This document shows, piece after piece, positions 61,367-64,000 of a DNA stretch of 64,000 nt. Source of the stretch: an uncultured delta proteobacterium (lineage in GTDB: Bacteria > Desulfobacterota > Syntrophia > Syntrophales > UBA2185); contig CAVSPA010000005.1 in the NCBI GenBank assembly GCA_963729715.1, forward strand, positions 64,001 through 128,000, read 5' to 3'. The first letter of the stretch is position 1; each line of letters opens with the position of its first letter. The notes under the pieces are model-generated. The model made no database searches. It was not told where the DNA came from and saw only the letters and a program-made list of their open reading frames with translations. Position numbers and translations under genes: made by a program.

Positions 61367-62796
61367 GTACACCTCCTTCTTAAGGAGGCATACAATATTC
61401 GCAACATCCTTTAAATGGCTGGGTTTGATTCGACCCTAAGTGGCTGGTTTTGACCGACCGCTAACAATAAAGATATTAATGGTAAATCGAAGATTGCTTT
61501 TTTAAATGAACAATTAAATGCTAATCTTGGGGTTAATTTGGAATGCAAGCTGGAATTGAAATTTGGTATACCCCTGATGTCAGAAATTATTTTCCCCTCT
61601 CCTCAGTTATATGCTGACGACGGTTATTATTCGTTAGTTGATTTAAAAGGAAATGGTCTTCAGAGGTTATGCATTATTTCTCTTTTAAGGACATATAATG
61701 ATATAAAGAGACGTACAGAAAATGTAGAACGTAACGTTATAATTGGGATCGAAGAACCAGAAATATATTTACACCCACCGGTTAAGAGAGCAACTTACAA
61801 ATTATTGCGATCATTATCTCAAAGAAGAGATCAGATTATTTATTCAACTCACGACAGTTATTTTGTGTCTGTGGAACATTTTGATGAGTTAAGACTATTT
61901 AAGAAATTGAAAGTGGAAAAGCCAGTAACAAAAATTTATGAATTTGGTATTGATGAATTGGTTAAGTACTATGAAACATGCCATAAGAAAACCGTGGACG
62001 AAAAGAGTCTGAGACACAGATTTGCTCACATCTGCGATGAAACAAAAAATGAAGGCTTTTTTGCTAATAAAATAGTTTTGATTGAAGGTGATACGGAAAA
62101 ATATGCCTTACCAATTTATTTTAATCATGCTGGCTTTGATGTAGATAATGAAAGAGTAGCGATAATATCAGCAGGATCTGTCGATAATATCAGTTACTTA
62201 TATGCTATTTTTAATGAATTCCATGTGCCTTGCTTCGTAATATTTGATGGGGATAAACCAAAAATTGACTTTGAGGAATTAAAGAAAAAGGAAAACGAAA
62301 AAAAGCGAGAGGAGATATTAGGAAAGAGTCGGAGGAATAAGGAGTTATTAGGATTTGTGGGCGAAACATTTGATGAAAAAACTGAATACCTTTTCCCTCC
62401 AACTACGATAAAAGAAAAATATGCTGTTTGGGAAAAAGATTTTGAGGAAACCTTTCACAGGTCTGTCGATATTTATGAGAACATAAAAGGCGAAGCGACT
62501 AAATTATACGGAACGACGAGCAAGCCTCTGGCGGGCAGGTATTTTGCATCCGAATTAGTGGCAAAATATCCAGGTAAGATAAGTCCATATGTAAATGAAT
62601 TAATCAAAAATATAAAATCATGTATATGGACTAATTCATGCCTTATGAAATAAAGAACGGCTCGGTTGTAATATCGTAATTAGTGCGTCTATCTTTTCTA
62701 GGCTGCGTACGTATAGTAGTATTTAGAGTAGTTGTGACGTTCTTTTCTTATGGAATAAAATCAAATGGTGAAGGTTGTGCCTAAGAGGAGGAACTG

Positions 62797-64000
62797 ATGA
62801 AATTCATTCATGCCGCGGATATCCACCTCGATAGCCCACTGATCGGGCTCCAGAAATACGATGGAGCTCCAGTTGAGGAGATTAGGATTGCATCCAGACG
62901 GGCGTTCCAAAACCTCGTGGAACTTGCAGTGTCAGAGAAAGCCTATTTCATCCTGATTGCAGGCGACCTGTATGACGGTGATTGGAAGGATTACAACACG
63001 GGCCTTTTTCTCTCGTCGCAGATGTCCAGGCTACGAGAGGAGGGTATTAAAGTCTTCATAATCGCTGGGAATCATGATGCTGCAAGCCAAATCACAAAGC
63101 ATCTCAGGATGCCTGATAACGTAAAAAACCTATCAGTCAAAAGCACCGAAACAGTGATACTTGATGAACTGGGTGTAGCAATCCATGGCCGGGGATATTA
63201 TGCCCGCGCGATCATCGAGGATTTGGTCGCTGGATATCCTCAAGCGTTGCCGCACTATCTCAACATCGGCTTACTCCACACAAGTCTAGATGGTCGTGAA
63301 GGCCACGAACCCTATGCCCCCACAACAATCCAGAGTCTTCTGTCGAAAGGTTATGACTACTGGGCACTTGGGCATGTACATAAACGCGAAGTCGTCTGTA
63401 AGGAACCCTGGGTCATATTCCCTGGGAATATTCAAGGACGCCACGTAAGAGAGGTAGGGCCAAAGGGTTGTACGCTCGTTTCCGTAGATGATGCTCACAT
63501 TGCTTGTACCGAACACAGGGATCTCGATGTTATGCGTTGGATAGTCATCTTCATGGATGCAAGACAAATATCTAGCGTAGAAGACCTCAGAGAACAGGTC
63601 TCTGATAATCTGACCCGAGCAATTATGGAAAACCATGGGATTCCATTGGCCATGCGTCTTGAGATCACAGGCCCATCGAAGGTACACCGTGAACTGTTGG
63701 CTGACCCCGATCACTGGAAGAATGAAATCAGGGCTGTTGCAACAGATGTTAGCGGTGGTACTATATGGATTGAGAAAATCAGGGTCAATACAAGCGATAT
63801 GCTCGATTTCGATAGCATTGCAGCAAAGAGTGATGCAATCGGGGAACTGATGAAATCTATGGATGACCTGTCAAACAATGATAGTCTCTTGCAAGCAGCG
63901 GTTGAAACATTGAAAGACCTTAACCAGCGATTACCGCATGAATTGAAGACGGGTGACGATGCCCTCAATCTGGAAGACCCAGCAATCATTAAAAATTCAG
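62797..64000 (+). CDS. Mre11/SbcD-like (YhaO) DNA repair exonuclease, runs off the window end
   Basis: Absent from the ORF track; MKFIHAADIHLDSP, AGDLYD, GNHD, LLHT, ALGHVH; GAGGAGG RBS. Confidence 0.92.
   Translation, partial: MKFIHAADIHLDSPLIGLQKYDGAPVEEIRIASRRAFQNLVELAVSEKAYFILIAGDLYDGDWKDYNTGLFLSSQMSRLREEGIKVFIIAGNHDAASQITKHLRMPDNVKNLSVKSTETVILDELGVAIHGRGYYARAIIEDLVAGYPQALPHYLNIGLLHTSLDGREGHEPYAPTTIQSLLSKGYDYWALGHVHKREVVCKEPWVIFPGNIQGRHVREVGPKGCTLVSVDDAHIACTEHRDLDVMRWIVIFMDARQISSVEDLREQVSDNLTRAIMENHGIPLAMRLEITGPSKVHRELLADPDHWKNEIRAVATDVSGGTIWIEKIRVNTSDMLDFDSIAAKSDAIGELMKSMDDLSNNDSLLQAAVETLKDLNQRLPHELKTGDDALNLEDPAIIKNS

Larger units (their letters stand above)
58959..61466 (-). mobile_element. 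IS21-family insertion sequence, 2508 bp, 6-bp target duplication
   Basis: TGTCAGCGGTCGG...CCGACCGCTAACA ends with repeated AAACC(C)AGCCA; ATAAAG at 58953-58958 and 61467-61472. Confidence 0.96.
58136..62653 (+). pseudogene. OLD-family ATP-dependent nuclease (ABC ATPase + TOPRIM) interrupted by IS21
   Basis: 5' half IRNFK, GENSTGKS; 3' half GNGLQR, IEEPE, STHD, IEGDTE, FDGD; removing the IS and one ATAAAG restores a 667-aa frame. Confidence 0.9.
31912..64000. mobile_element. tRNA-Arg-integrated genomic island with defence cargo; right end beyond the window
   Basis: Integrase ends 15 bp from the tRNA 3' end; repressor/xis/rep module; IS elements; R-M and nuclease genes; many AT-rich stretches. 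Confidence 0.8.

Noticed and set aside
58136..62653. Gabija system
   Set aside because: No GajB/UvrD helicase next to the OLD gene

Overview
Chromosomal window from a deltaproteobacterium (Desulfobacterota, probably Syntrophales-like; inferred from gene order and protein style). Positions 1-31.9 kb are mostly core genome: ubiE/menG, lon-hsp20, NUDIX, an internally deleted adenine deaminase relic, ppiD, mreBCD-mrdA-rodA-bactofilin, atpF'FHAGDC, greA, moaA, smc, ftsY, a metallophosphatase, ftcD and tRNA-Arg(CCT). Between smc and ftsY sits a 2483-bp transposase-less cassette with IS21-like TG...CA multi-repeat ends and a 4-bp target duplication. It carries a sigma54-type promoter and three small signalling genes. 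From the tRNA-Arg 3' end to the window end is an integrated element. It starts with a tyrosine integrase, XRE repressor, Xis-like HTH, replication-like protein, two paralogous HD proteins and a 59-bp hairpin tandem repeat. An IS110 follows, with a candidate bridge-RNA region. The rest is a defence island: type I R-M with an inserted DUF262 gene and an M48 peptidase, an SNF2 helicase / actin-Hsp70-fold ATPase / TPR-propeller-J-domain trio (best candidate for an undescribed system), an OLD-family nuclease cleanly split by an IS21, and an Mre11/YhaO-like nuclease running off the end. All calls come from reading motifs by eye; no searches were run.
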